A stretch of DNA of 64,000 nt, taken from assembly GCA_965222075.1 (NCBI GenBank), contig OZ244937.1, positions 928,001-992,000 on the forward strand, in the 5' to 3' direction. The notes below the pieces were generated by a model that saw only the letters and a program-made list of their open reading frames with translations, was not told the DNA's origin and did no database searches. This stretch comes from Candidatus Latescibacterota bacterium (GTDB lineage Bacteria > Latescibacterota > UBA2968 > GCA-2709665). A program made the translations under genes and the position numbers. Of this stretch, positions 1 to 9,428 are shown piece after piece (within the stretch, counting starts at the first letter, position 1; every line of letters starts with the position of its first letter).

Positions 1-2
1 CG

Positions 3-1307
3 ATGCTGGAGAAGGCCAGGGCCGGTCTCAATGTTGTACGCCTGAAGGGGGGCGACCCGTTCGTGTTCGGACGGGGCGGGGAGGAGGCCGAGGCCCTTCA
101 AAGCGCAGGTGTGCCTTTCGAGGTGGTGCCGGGCATTACCAGCGCAATCGCAGCGCCGGCCTACGCCGGTATACCGGTGACTCACCGGACGCTTTCCCCT
201 TATGTGACGTTTGTGACCGGCCACCGGGCGTCTTTGGAAGGGGCGCAGGATGTAGACTGGGAGGGTCTTGCGCGGCTGGGAGGGACGCTGGTGGTTCTGA
301 TGGGGGTACGCAACCGGGCGGAAGTGGCCGCCAGGCTGATGGCGGGAGGATACGCGGCCGATACGCCGGTTGCGGTTGTGCAGCGGGGTACCCTGCCGTC
401 TCAGAAGACGGTGCGGACCGCGCTGGAGGGGCTTGGGGGCGTGGATGTGACAAACCCGGCAGCCATTGTGGTGGGTCAGGTGGCCGGGCTTGACTTTTCC
501 TGGTTTGAGTCCCGGCCGCTGTTTGGGGTGCGGGTCGCCGTGACCCGCACGCGGAAACAGGCGGGCGAGCTGGTCGGCCTGCTTCAGGCTCTGGGGGCGG
601 AGGTGCTGGAGGCGCCCACGGTCCGGATCGAGGGGCCGGCCGACTGGGGGCCGGTGGACCGGGCGATCGGTGAGATCGAAGCATACGACTGGGTGGTGTT
701 TTCCAGCGCAAACGGGGTGGAACGCTTTTTCGGCCGAATGCTGGATCTGGAGGGGGACCTGCGGGCTTTGAAAGGGGTCAGGATCGCAGCCGTAGGCCCT
801 GCTACGGCCGAAAAGGTCGCTGCTTATTACCTGGGCGTTGACCTCTGCCCGTCGCACCACGTCGCAGAGGGGCTGGTCGAAGCGTTCAAACAGGAGGGCG
901 GGGTTGCCGGAAAACGGATTTTGATCCCCCGTGCCGAGCAGGCCCGGGAGGTACTGCCCGGAGCGCTCCGGGAAATGGGGGGTGACGTGCGGGAGGTGGT
1001 GGTTTACAGGACGGTAAGGCCAGGGGCGTTTCCGGCGGGTGTGGTTTCACGGCTGGTGCGGGGAGAGCTTGATCTGGTGACGTTTACGAGTTCTTCCACG
1101 GCAGGGCATTTTGCCGATTTGCTTGGCCCTCACCGGCTGGAACGGGTGCGCGCCCGGATTCCGGCTGCCAGTATCGGTCCGAGTACTTCGCAGACGGCGC
1201 GGGACCTGGGATTCCGGGTGGTTGCCGAACCCCCCGAGGGTGATATTTCGATCCCGGGCCTGGTCAGGGCTATTCTGGCCTATTATCAGGATCAAATCCA
1301 GGTGTGA
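3..1307 (+). CDS. cobA-hemD: Uroporphyrinogen-III C-methyltransferase / uroporphyrinogen-III synthase fusion (5' partial)
   Basis: RLKGGDPFVFGRGGEE and VPGITSA SUMT motifs, followed by a HemD domain (VAVTRT, FSSANGV, FTSSST). Confidence 0.93.
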   Translation: MLEKARAGLNVVRLKGGDPFVFGRGGEEAEALQSAGVPFEVVPGITSAIAAPAYAGIPVTHRTLSPYVTFVTGHRASLEGAQDVDWEGLARLGGTLVVLMGVRNRAEVAARLMAGGYAADTPVAVVQRGTLPSQKTVRTALEGLGGVDVTNPAAIVVGQVAGLDFSWFESRPLFGVRVAVTRTRKQAGELVGLLQALGAEVLEAPTVRIEGPADWGPVDRAIGEIEAYDWVVFSSANGVERFFGRMLDLEGDLRALKGVRIAAVGPATAEKVAAYYLGVDLCPSHHVAEGLVEAFKQEGGVAGKRILIPRAEQAREVLPGALREMGGDVREVVVYRTVRPGAFPAGVVSRLVRGELDLVTFTSSSTAGHFADLLGPHRLERVRARIPAASIGPSTSQTARDLGFRVVAEPPEGDISIPGLVRAILAYYQDQIQV

Positions 1308-2077
1308 TTCGATGGCCAGGCTGTTGTTTTACCCCCCCCGGTTTTGCCGGGGGTCTCAGGCTGGACGCGGCAACGGGATTCGAGGCGCGACAGGCCCGGC
1401 CGGGACGAATTAGGCCGTTTCGGGCAAAATGTCACAGAAAAAGCGGACCTTCCTGCGGCCCCACGTGGGTTTCAAGAACGCCTCTCAACCGCCCCCCCGG
1501 ACCGGGGTCGCAGTTGCCACAATTGTTGCAAAATGCGCCACTCGTTGCAGATTGCAACACATCCACCCTCGCCCTCTTATTTCTTCCTGTAAGTTATTGT
1601 AAAAAATACGGAAAAACGGATATTAACGCGGATTTTGAGGTTGCATTGGTGGAAAATAATGATTACTTTTAATAATGGATATACCTTGAAAAAATTATAG
1701 GTCGCATCAATACGAATTGTAATTCAAAGTTCAGCCCGAAGCGATAGAAAAAACCGTCGGTTCCCTGACCTGCCAAAGTCGAAAACCGACGGTCCTGAAA
1801 GAAGGTCCACAGCCTGTGTGTCCCCCAGCGCTTTTGTGCTGCGAGACGGGATGCGGCCTTCATTAAAACATATAAAAAAACCCCTGAAATGTCAATGACA
1901 CCCATCCGGAATCGAAAGCGTATCAACTGACCATCGAACTGGTCGCTTCCGATCCGGACGGGGATGACCTGACCTACCGTCAACCTGTACGGTAGTGTTA
2001 TCACCGGAACAGCGCGGTGGGCGGATATTTTTACAACAACACAAGTCCAGCAGGGGTTCCTTAACCGGGATAAACCC

Positions 2078-3328
2078 GTGGCGATCAAGGAATATCTTCC
2101 GGAAGTTATCGCCACACGCACAGCTGAAAACTGCCGACGGCATCCATTCTTTAAGGGAAGTTGGAAGTGGCGGATCGGGGCGATATGCCTGTGTGCCATC
2201 CTTCTTGGGGTCATTTACCACCCTGAGTATGTACCCGGACAACGTGGTCAGCAGCAAGCGGCGCGTCAGCCCTCCGTATTGAAGTCCGGGGCAGGTGTGG
2301 ACGTGGCGTCGGGTCGTCTGCCGAGGTGGCTCGGCAACGAAGGGTGGGAGACGTCTCGTGCGGTCCCGGAACCGGCGGCGGATGATGAGATGGTGGCACA
2401 GGGTAGGGATGGCATCGTCGGGCGCTTTCACGCGATGTTGAAGGCCATTTTGAGTCGCAGGGTGAACGACAAGCCCGGTGAGTATGGGTCCCGGAACCGG
2501 GGGATACGGGCCGATGCGCCGCTTCTGTCGGTACTGTCCACGGCGCGATCGCAGGCCGAGGCATCTGAGGTTAAGCGTCAACGCTCCGCAGGTACGGTTT
2601 TCAGGGACTGTGAGGAATGTCCTCAGATGGTGGTGTTGCCGTCGGGTTCGTTCATGATGGGGTCGCCCGATGGAGAGGAGGGACGGGATGAAGATGAGAG
2701 TCCACGGCATCTTGTAAAGATAGAGTACCGGTTTGCGGTGGGTGTGTATGAGGTGACGTTCGATGAGTGGGAGGCGTGCGTGGCTGCCGGGGGTTGCGGG
2801 GGATACGTCCCGAACGATAAGAACTGGGGACGGGGTGAACGGCCGGTGATCAACGTGAGTTGGGACGATGCGCAGTCGTACGTATCGTGGTTGTCGAAAC
2901 GAACGGGTGTATCGTATCGTCTGTTGAGTGAGTCGGAATGGGAGTATGCGGCGCGTGCGGGTACGACGACGAGGTACAGCTGGGGGGATGACATCGGCCG
3001 CAACCTGGCCAATTGCCGTAGTTGCGGCAGCCGGTGGGACGCCCAGGGCACAGCGCCGGTGGGTTGGTTCCCCGCAAATGCGTGGGGTCTGCACGATATG
3101 CGCGGGAACGTGTGGGAGTGGGTGCAGGATTGCTGGAACGACCACTATCTTCGTGCACCGGCGGACGGGTCGGCCTGGGAGCGGGGAAATTGTTCGCGTC
3201 GCGTGTTGCGCGGGGGCTCGTGGGTCAGCATACCGAGGAATCTGCGTTCGGCGAACCGGCTCAGGTTTACCTCCGTCGGACGGCTCAACGACTTCGGGTT
3301 TCGTGTTGCCCGGACGGTTACCCCTTGA
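2078..3328 (+). CDS. FGE-sulfatase (SUMF1/CLec-fold) domain protein with TM segment; probable DGR target
   Basis: FRDCEECPQMVVLPSGSFMMGS, RLLSESEWEYAARAG, NAWGLHDMRGNVWEW and a C-terminal RVLRGGSW...GFRVART; an avd remnant follows directly. Confidence 0.88.
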   Translation: MAIKEYLPEVIATRTAENCRRHPFFKGSWKWRIGAICLCAILLGVIYHPEYVPGQRGQQQAARQPSVLKSGAGVDVASGRLPRWLGNEGWETSRAVPEPAADDEMVAQGRDGIVGRFHAMLKAILSRRVNDKPGEYGSRNRGIRADAPLLSVLSTARSQAEASEVKRQRSAGTVFRDCEECPQMVVLPSGSFMMGSPDGEEGRDEDESPRHLVKIEYRFAVGVYEVTFDEWEACVAAGGCGGYVPNDKNWGRGERPVINVSWDDAQSYVSWLSKRTGVSYRLLSESEWEYAARAGTTTRYSWGDDIGRNLANCRSCGSRWDAQGTAPVGWFPANAWGLHDMRGNVWEWVQDCWNDHYLRAPADGSAWERGNCSRRVLRGGSWVSIPRNLRSANRLRFTSVGRLNDFGFRVARTVTP

Positions 3329-3361
3329 ATCTTTTCTTCTTTACCTCTTTGGAGATCAATC

Positions 3362-3512
3362 TTGAGCGAAGCGTCCCCTCTACAACCTCGTGTACGCGGC
3401 GGTGGCCGCTCGCGCGAAACCGGCCCGGCGCTGGAGTCGCACTTTCGTTTTCTCGCCTGGTTGGTCCCGACCGTGGAGCGTTTCCCGCGCAGTCAGAAGT
3501 TTCTGCTGGGCG
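3362..3512 (+). pseudogene. avd: DGR accessory variability determinant Avd, N-terminal fragment
   Basis: SRETGPALESHFRFLAWLVPTVERFPRSQKFLLG matches the Avd N-terminus; the frame then runs into foreign sequence. Confidence 0.8.
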
Positions 3513-3680
3513 GCCACGACAGCCAAGACGCCATTTGGGTTTGGGCAGTAGCCTGAGGAGAAGTTGCCATTGCGTTTCGGTCAAATTTGTTGGATATTGC
3601 CTCTGCGTTCTTTATCCTTCCTGCCTGCCGCGCCCAACGCGGCGCAGGCAGGTCGTTTCAGGTGGTTTGGGACAACCTGA
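3510..3680 (-). mobile_element. IS5-family transposase left-end fragment
   Basis: Minus-strand RRQYPTNLTETQWQLLLRLLPKPKWRLGCRGRP resembles the IS5/DUF4096 N-terminus (YPSDLTDxQW...GRP). Confidence 0.7.
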
Positions 3681-3689
3681 ATTTGGATA

Positions 3690-3755
3690 CCGGTGGGCGG
3701 GTCCAAAGAGGTTGCGGTGGATGTGCGGGTGGTCTCGGCCACGAACGAGAACCTT
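3690..3755 (+). pseudogene. Fragment of a sigma-54 activator AAA+ domain
   Basis: PVGGSKEVAVDVRVVSATNENL is the NtrC-family motif; the rest of the gene is absent. Confidence 0.7.
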
Positions 3756-3923
3756 ATGCACTGTCCATTAAATCGATGCTGTTGCCGAATTCCGAATTCT
3801 GTATCGATGCAACTAAACATAGGGCTTACAGAGCCTGAATTCAGGCCACAAACAGCCGTTTATCAACCGCAAGCTCCCTCTTGACCAATTCGGCAACAGC
3901 ATCTAAATCGGGGTAACTCCAGT

Positions 3924-5165
3924 ATGATGAACATGCGCTCGCTCCATGTGCAAATCCCCATCGCGTTGCTCCTCGGCACAATGAGTGGCATGCTGTTAGG
4001 TGAATCCGTTCTCCACTTCGCCTTTTTGGGGACCCTTTTTCTCAAGGGCCTTAAAATGATTATCGTCCCCTTGATCGCCACCTCCATTGTTTCCGGAGTG
4101 GTCGGCATAGGCAAGGTCGGTTATTTTGGACGCTTGAGTGCTCAGACCTTTACCTACTACCTGGGCACCAGCCTGTTGTCCATTATTACCGGCCTGGTAT
4201 TGGTCAATGCCATAAGTCCAGGCAAGGGGGCGCAGTTGCGTCTGCAAGCTCCTCCTGAACAACTGGCCCATTCCATAGCTCAATTCGGCGACGGTCCCAA
4301 AGCCGCTCTTGAGCGGCTGCTGTTGGATATGGTGCCGGATAATGTATTCAAGGCGATGGCTGAGGGACAGATCTTGCCCGTGATCGTCTTTTGCTTCCTT
4401 CTCGGATTTGCCATCATCCGCTTGTCAGATCCGCACCAGAAGCGCCTGCGTAGTTTTTTTCAATCGGCCTTCGAAGCCATGATGCAAATAACCCATTTTA
4501 TTATTCGTCTGGCACCCATCGGCATTTTTGCCCTGGTCGCCAAAGTCGTTGGCACCACCGGCCTGTCGATTTTCGTCGATTTGGGTCTGTACGCCCTTAC
4601 TGTCTTAGTTGGTCTGATCGTCCACGCGGCGATTATTCTACCGCTCGTGCTCTATTTTTTGGGTGGCATATCGCCTTTGGCCCTCCTTCGTGCTCTGATG
4701 CCGGCTCTCCTCACCGCCTTTTCTACCAGTTCCTCTTCGGCGACCTTGCCCATTACCATTGAATCTTTGGAACAACGCGCTGGCGTTTCCAACCGCACCA
4801 CCAGTTTTGTTGCGCCGCTGGGTGCCACCATCAATATGGATGGTACAGCCCTGTTCGAATGCGTCGCCGCCCTATTTATTGCTCAAGCCTATGGGATTGA
4901 GTTAGGCTTTATCCAGCAATTCCTGGTCGTTCTTACCGCTTTGTTGGCCTCCATCGGCGCGGCCGGCATTCCTATGACGGGCCTGGTGATGCTTTCTATT
5001 GTCCTATCCTCTGTGGGTCTGCCCCTGGAGGGGATCGGCCTAATTTTGGCTGTAGATCGCATTTTGGACATGTTTCGCACCACTGTCAATGTCTGGGGCG
5101 ATTCGTGTGGCACTGCCCTGATAGCCCGCTGCCAAGGTGAAAACCCGCTCGTGGCAAAAAATTAG
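3924..5165 (+). CDS. Dicarboxylate/amino acid:cation symporter (DAACS, GltP-like)
   Basis: AFSTSSSSATLP, PLGATINMDGTA and AVDRILDMFRT motifs; many TM helices. Confidence 0.93.
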   Translation: MMNMRSLHVQIPIALLLGTMSGMLLGESVLHFAFLGTLFLKGLKMIIVPLIATSIVSGVVGIGKVGYFGRLSAQTFTYYLGTSLLSIITGLVLVNAISPGKGAQLRLQAPPEQLAHSIAQFGDGPKAALERLLLDMVPDNVFKAMAEGQILPVIVFCFLLGFAIIRLSDPHQKRLRSFFQSAFEAMMQITHFIIRLAPIGIFALVAKVVGTTGLSIFVDLGLYALTVLVGLIVHAAIILPLVLYFLGGISPLALLRALMPALLTAFSTSSSSATLPITIESLEQRAGVSNRTTSFVAPLGATINMDGTALFECVAALFIAQAYGIELGFIQQFLVVLTALLASIGAAGIPMTGLVMLSIVLSSVGLPLEGIGLILAVDRILDMFRTTVNVWGDSCGTALIARCQGENPLVAKN

Positions 5166-5418
5166 GGAATTATGCGAGCAAGGAAGTTGAAGGCGGTTTC
5201 TACTTCAGAAATCCCAATACGCGAAGTGGCGTATTCTCGACTTTGTCCAATTTGGGGTTTAAGCAGCATGTGGAAACTCGCCCGCAGATGAAAGACTCGT
5301 TACATCGAAAGATTTCTCCGGGAGGACCCATTTACGGGTTGCCAAACTGAGGCGTTTTGTTTTAATTTTGTCTGTTCTGAGAAACCCATTTTCACACCCT
5401 TATCACAGGAGGTACAAA

Positions 5419-7944
5419 ATGCAACACAAATGTCGTTTTTTGTCTCTCGTACTCGGCATGGCTGCCATGCTCATTCTGTATGGACCTGCCGTGTCGCAGG
5501 AAACGCCGCGTTCCGAAAGCACAGATACGACATCTGTCTTTAGCGAAGTGATCATCCTCGAAGAATTGGTGGTCATTGGTTCCCGGGCAAAACCGCGTTC
5601 CGTCGTCGAATCGGCCGTGCCCGTTGATGTGGTCAGTAGCGCAGAGATCGCCAGACAGGGCGAAGCCGATCTGCAAAATCTGGTGAGAACGGTTGTGCCT
5701 TCCTTCAGTGTCAACACCCAACCCATCAGTGATGCCTCCACGCTTGTCCGTCCGGCTAATCTGCGCGGCCTGGCCCCCGACCACACGCTGGTACTCATCA
5801 ACGGCAAACGCCGCCATCGCAGCTCTCTCGTCGTTTGGCATGGCAATGGCGTATCAGATGGCGCGCAAGGGGCCGACATATCGGTCATTCCAGCGATCGC
5901 CCTGAAACAGGTGGAAGTCCTGCGCGATGGCGCCTCCGCACAATATGGTTCTGACGCCATTGCCGGCGTGATGAGCTTCCAACTCAAAGACCACTACCGG
6001 GGCGGCTCAATTGAAATCAAACCCGGTATCTATCAGGCAGGCGATGGTTTTAAGTACAATGTTGCTGGCAATATCGGTCTGGGAAGCGAAACTGCGTGGG
6101 CCAACCTCAGTTTGGAATATGGCAACACAGATGATACTGATCGATCTGCACAACGCGATGACGCCAAAGCACTCATTGCCGCCGGCAATACCGATGTGGC
6201 CGATCCCGCCCAAATTTGGGGTTCGCCCATCATTAGAAATGACCTTAAATTCTTTGCCAACTACGGCGGAAACCTGTCGGAAAACACCAGATTCCATGGC
6301 TATGCCAACTATGCGAGCAAAGAAGTGGAAGGCGGATTTTTCTTCCGAAATCCCAATACACGCGGGGGCGTCTTCAGTGCCGATGGTGGTAAGACATTGC
6401 TCGTGGGCAAATTGAACCCCAATGCGCCCGATCCTCCCGCTGTCAACATAACCAACAACGTGGCAGACCCGAACGCGCTACAACAGGTTTTAAATAATAA
6501 AAACGACTATTTCACATTTCGCGAACTCTTTCCGGGTGGTTTTACTCCCCGATTTGGTGGCACCACCGCCGATTATGCCCTTCTCGCGGGTGTTAAAGGC
6601 ACAAATTTTGACCCGCTCTGGACATGGGATCTCAGTGCTTATTACGGAAGTCACGAAGCCGATTTCGTGATTAAAAACACGGTAAATGCCTCTTTGGGAC
6701 GCGATACTCCCACGGAATTTGATCCCGGAGCCTATATCCAAAAAGACTTCAATTTAAATCTCGACTTTACATTTCCGGTAAGCGATCAGGTTTTTTTGGC
6801 CGCGGGTCTCGAATACAGAAATGAAAAATACGAAGTTGTGCAGGGACAACCCGAGTCCTTTCAAATAGGTCCTTTGGCCCCTCAGGGATTCAGTGCTGCG
6901 TCCAATGGATTTTCCGGCTTTAGCGATATTGCTGCTGGCGACTGGAGTCGGTCCAATTATGCGGCTTATGGGGATGCCGAATTAACCCCGTCGGACAATT
7001 GGTTGCTCGGTCTCGCGCTGCGCTATGAAAACTTCAGTGACTTTGGTTCGACCCTCAACTACAAGGCAGCTACCAACTTCAGCATCACGGAAGAACTGAA
7101 ATTGCGCGGCAGTTTCAGCACCTGTTTCAGAGCGCCCACACCCGGTCAACAGAATTCTTTTAACGTATCAACTCGATTCGATCCTGCGTTAAATGATCTG
7201 GTCAACAGAGGTACCATTCCATCAACCCACGCCGCGGCAGAGCTGGTGGGTGGCAAGCCTCTCAACCCTGAAAAGTCGAACAACCTCACGGCCGGCTTTA
7301 TTGTGGACAGGGCAAACTTCAGTTTAACCGTTGATTATTTTCAAATTGACCTGAAGGACCGCCTGGGTATTTCAAAGAACTACTCTCTGAGCGATGCCCA
7401 GCGCGACCAATTGATCGCTTCGGGCATAACCAGCGCGAAAAATATCCAGACCTTTCGTTTCTTCATCAATGACTTCGAAACCAGAACCCGTGGCGTCGAC
7501 ATCGTTTTTGTCACACCTGTGGGCAATGGCGATTTCAGCTTTGTTTACAACCTCACAGACACAGAAGTAACCAAACTCACGGAAACATTGAGCGAGACAC
7601 GCGTTCGGCAACTGGAGGAAGCACTTCCCAAAAGCCGCGTCAACGCGACCCTGGCGCAATCTTTTAACGATATGTGGGATGTCTTGATTCGCATGAGCTA
7701 TTACGATTCCTGGTGGGACAGAGACAACGATCAAACATATCCCGGCGTATGGCCGTTGTTCGATATTGAAACCAGTATCGCACTGAACGAAAAAATGCGG
7801 ATCACGCTTGGCTCCCGCAATGTCCTCAATACCTTTCCAGAAGAAAATAAGAACAAAGGTTCTGTGGGTGAAAAGTACAGCGAGTACACCCCATTTGGTT
7901 TTAATGGGGCATTTTGGTACTCAAAAGTCAGTTATAACTTTTAG
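5419..7944 (+). CDS. TonB-dependent receptor
   Basis: AGGAGG RBS, signal peptide, plug motifs (LRGLAPDHTLVLINGKR, EVLRDGASAQYGSDAIAGV), C-terminal YNF. Confidence 0.93.
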   Translation: MQHKCRFLSLVLGMAAMLILYGPAVSQETPRSESTDTTSVFSEVIILEELVVIGSRAKPRSVVESAVPVDVVSSAEIARQGEADLQNLVRTVVPSFSVNTQPISDASTLVRPANLRGLAPDHTLVLINGKRRHRSSLVVWHGNGVSDGAQGADISVIPAIALKQVEVLRDGASAQYGSDAIAGVMSFQLKDHYRGGSIEIKPGIYQAGDGFKYNVAGNIGLGSETAWANLSLEYGNTDDTDRSAQRDDAKALIAAGNTDVADPAQIWGSPIIRNDLKFFANYGGNLSENTRFHGYANYASKEVEGGFFFRNPNTRGGVFSADGGKTLLVGKLNPNAPDPPAVNITNNVADPNALQQVLNNKNDYFTFRELFPGGFTPRFGGTTADYALLAGVKGTNFDPLWTWDLSAYYGSHEADFVIKNTVNASLGRDTPTEFDPGAYIQKDFNLNLDFTFPVSDQVFLAAGLEYRNEKYEVVQGQPESFQIGPLAPQGFSAASNGFSGFSDIAAGDWSRSNYAAYGDAELTPSDNWLLGLALRYENFSDFGSTLNYKAATNFSITEELKLRGSFSTCFRAPTPGQQNSFNVSTRFDPALNDLVNRGTIPSTHAAAELVGGKPLNPEKSNNLTAGFIVDRANFSLTVDYFQIDLKDRLGISKNYSLSDAQRDQLIASGITSAKNIQTFRFFINDFETRTRGVDIVFVTPVGNGDFSFVYNLTDTEVTKLTETLSETRVRQLEEALPKSRVNATLAQSFNDMWDVLIRMSYYDSWWDRDNDQTYPGVWPLFDIETSIALNEKMRITLGSRNVLNTFPEENKNKGSVGEKYSEYTPFGFNGAFWYSKVSYNF

Positions 7945-7991
7945 CCATTGCCAGAACCACACCCTTAAGCGGCAGGGGTCAAAAAAACCTG

Positions 7992-8020
7992 TTGACACGC
8001 GTGCATTTTAAGGGTAAATT
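7992..8020 (+). promoter_or_regulatory. Sigma70-type promoter
   Basis: TTGACA-17 bp-TAAATT upstream of the gene at 8075. Confidence 0.65.
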
Positions 8021-8074
8021 TTAAGCGGTGTTTTGTTTTTCAGCATACAATCGGTGGCATAGGAGGCAAGCGTT

Positions 8075-8884
8075 ATGAAACATGTTGTTGTATTTTCTCT
8101 GTGTTTGGGTCTCGCCGCGGCAGGGTCGGTCACTGCGGGTGAGATGACCAGCGGGCTGGAGATTAACGGCGGCCAGAATGCGTTTGCAGGTTTGAAGCTG
8201 GAACGGGTTCAGGATGGGCCGCAGGAAGAGGGCGTGTTAAAGCTTCAGGTGACGATGGACCAGATCAAGGACCTGAAGGGCTACGGATTTGTGCTCCAGT
8301 TCGACCCGGCCAAGTACGAGTTTATAAAGGCCGAAGAGGCTACCGATAACCTTCTGAATATGGGCAGCGGGCAGCCGACCCTGTTTCTCTCCGCCAGCCA
8401 ATCGCCCGGCCAGGTGGCGGTGGGGGCGATGAAGGTGGACGGTCAGGCCGTAACCGGTGAAGGCAGGCTGCTGGAGGTGACGTTTAAGACCGTAGACGTG
8501 CCCCAGCCCACCGATTTTCAGATTGCCGAGGGGGTGCTGATCGATGTGGAGGGGAACATCGATCCGATCCACCACCTTGAGGTTGGCAACCTGAAGCCGC
8601 TGCCGGACAGCTTTGGCCTGAATCAGAATATGCCCAATCCGTTCAACCCTTCCACGACCATCGGATATCAGTTGCCAGAGTCGGGGCAGGTCCATCTGGG
8701 GGTTTACAACCTGCTGGGGCAGGAGGTTCGGACCATGGTCAGTGGAACCCTGGAGGCGGGATATTACACGCTGGATTGGGACGGGAGGGACAATTTCGGG
8801 CGTCAGTTGGCCAGTGGGATCTACCTGTACCGGATGCGGGTCAACGATTTTAGTCAGACGCGCCGGATGATGCTTTTAAAGTAA
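8075..8884 (+). CDS. Secreted protein with cohesin-like domain and FlgD-Ig/T9SS-type C-terminal domain
   Basis: Signal peptide; GYGFVLQFDP cohesin-like segment; QNMPNPFNPSTTI...WDGRD...ASGIYLY...RMMLLK C-terminal domain. Confidence 0.8.
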   Translation: MKHVVVFSLCLGLAAAGSVTAGEMTSGLEINGGQNAFAGLKLERVQDGPQEEGVLKLQVTMDQIKDLKGYGFVLQFDPAKYEFIKAEEATDNLLNMGSGQPTLFLSASQSPGQVAVGAMKVDGQAVTGEGRLLEVTFKTVDVPQPTDFQIAEGVLIDVEGNIDPIHHLEVGNLKPLPDSFGLNQNMPNPFNPSTTIGYQLPESGQVHLGVYNLLGQEVRTMVSGTLEAGYYTLDWDGRDNFGRQLASGIYLYRMRVNDFSQTRRMMLLK

Positions 8885-8904
8885 TGGCTGGAGGGTTATA
8901 TTCG

Positions 8905-8936
8905 GGGCCGTCTCTGAGGAGGCGGCCCTTTTTTTT
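8905..8936 (+). terminator. Rho-independent terminator
   Basis: GGGCCGTCT/AGGCGGCCC stem followed by a T run. Confidence 0.8.
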
Positions 8937-8988
8937 CAATTTGATCCTTTTTTCGCTCGCGCTCGGGAACTCACCGGGAATTTTATTT

Positions 8989-9400
8989 TAAGACAGTTGT
9001 CATGCTCCCTTTGGAGCACCCATAATGATGAAAATGAGTGCGTTGACAGACTTGTGTGGTAACCGTACACGCCCGCGCACACATTTCGCCTCTGCGATCC
9101 CCCCACCGCCCCTAACTTGCCGACTCCCCCGGGTTGGTGCGGGGTGAAGGGGCTTTTCCGCGCAGATCCCCCCACACCATCGCCCAAAAACGCCCCAAAG
9201 GTCCGCAGGGCAGAAACGCCTGCTTCCACCACAGGGGCAGTTCGCGGAAAAAAGCGGCGCCCTTCTTTTTCGGCCTTTTTCTTGGGCGATCAAGAAAAAG
9301 GCCAAGAGTAAAATAAAGCCTATTTTCTAAGCAGTTGTCATGCGCCCTTCGGGGCACCCATTAGGATGAAAATAAAGCCTATTTTCTAAGCAGCAGCTTC
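8989..9400. repeat. Composite non-coding MITE/REP-like element, copy 1
   Basis: Modules CAGTTGTCATGC..CACCCAT..GATGAAAAT (x2), GGCCTTTTTCTTG..CAAGAAAAAGGCC hairpin and AAAGCCTATTTTCTAAGCAG (x2), all shared with 33566-34149. Confidence 0.75.
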
Positions 9401-9428
9401 TTACTGTCACAGGTGATTTGAGACCACC

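Noticed and set aside
3330-3920. Complete active DGR (TR and RT)
   Set aside because: No AAC-rich copy of the VR and no RT motifs were seen here or elsewhere in the window.
5240-5410. Riboswitch upstream of the TonB receptor
   Set aside because: Short hairpins exist, but I could not match cobalamin, TPP, glycine or c-di-GMP consensus; an Rfam scan is needed.
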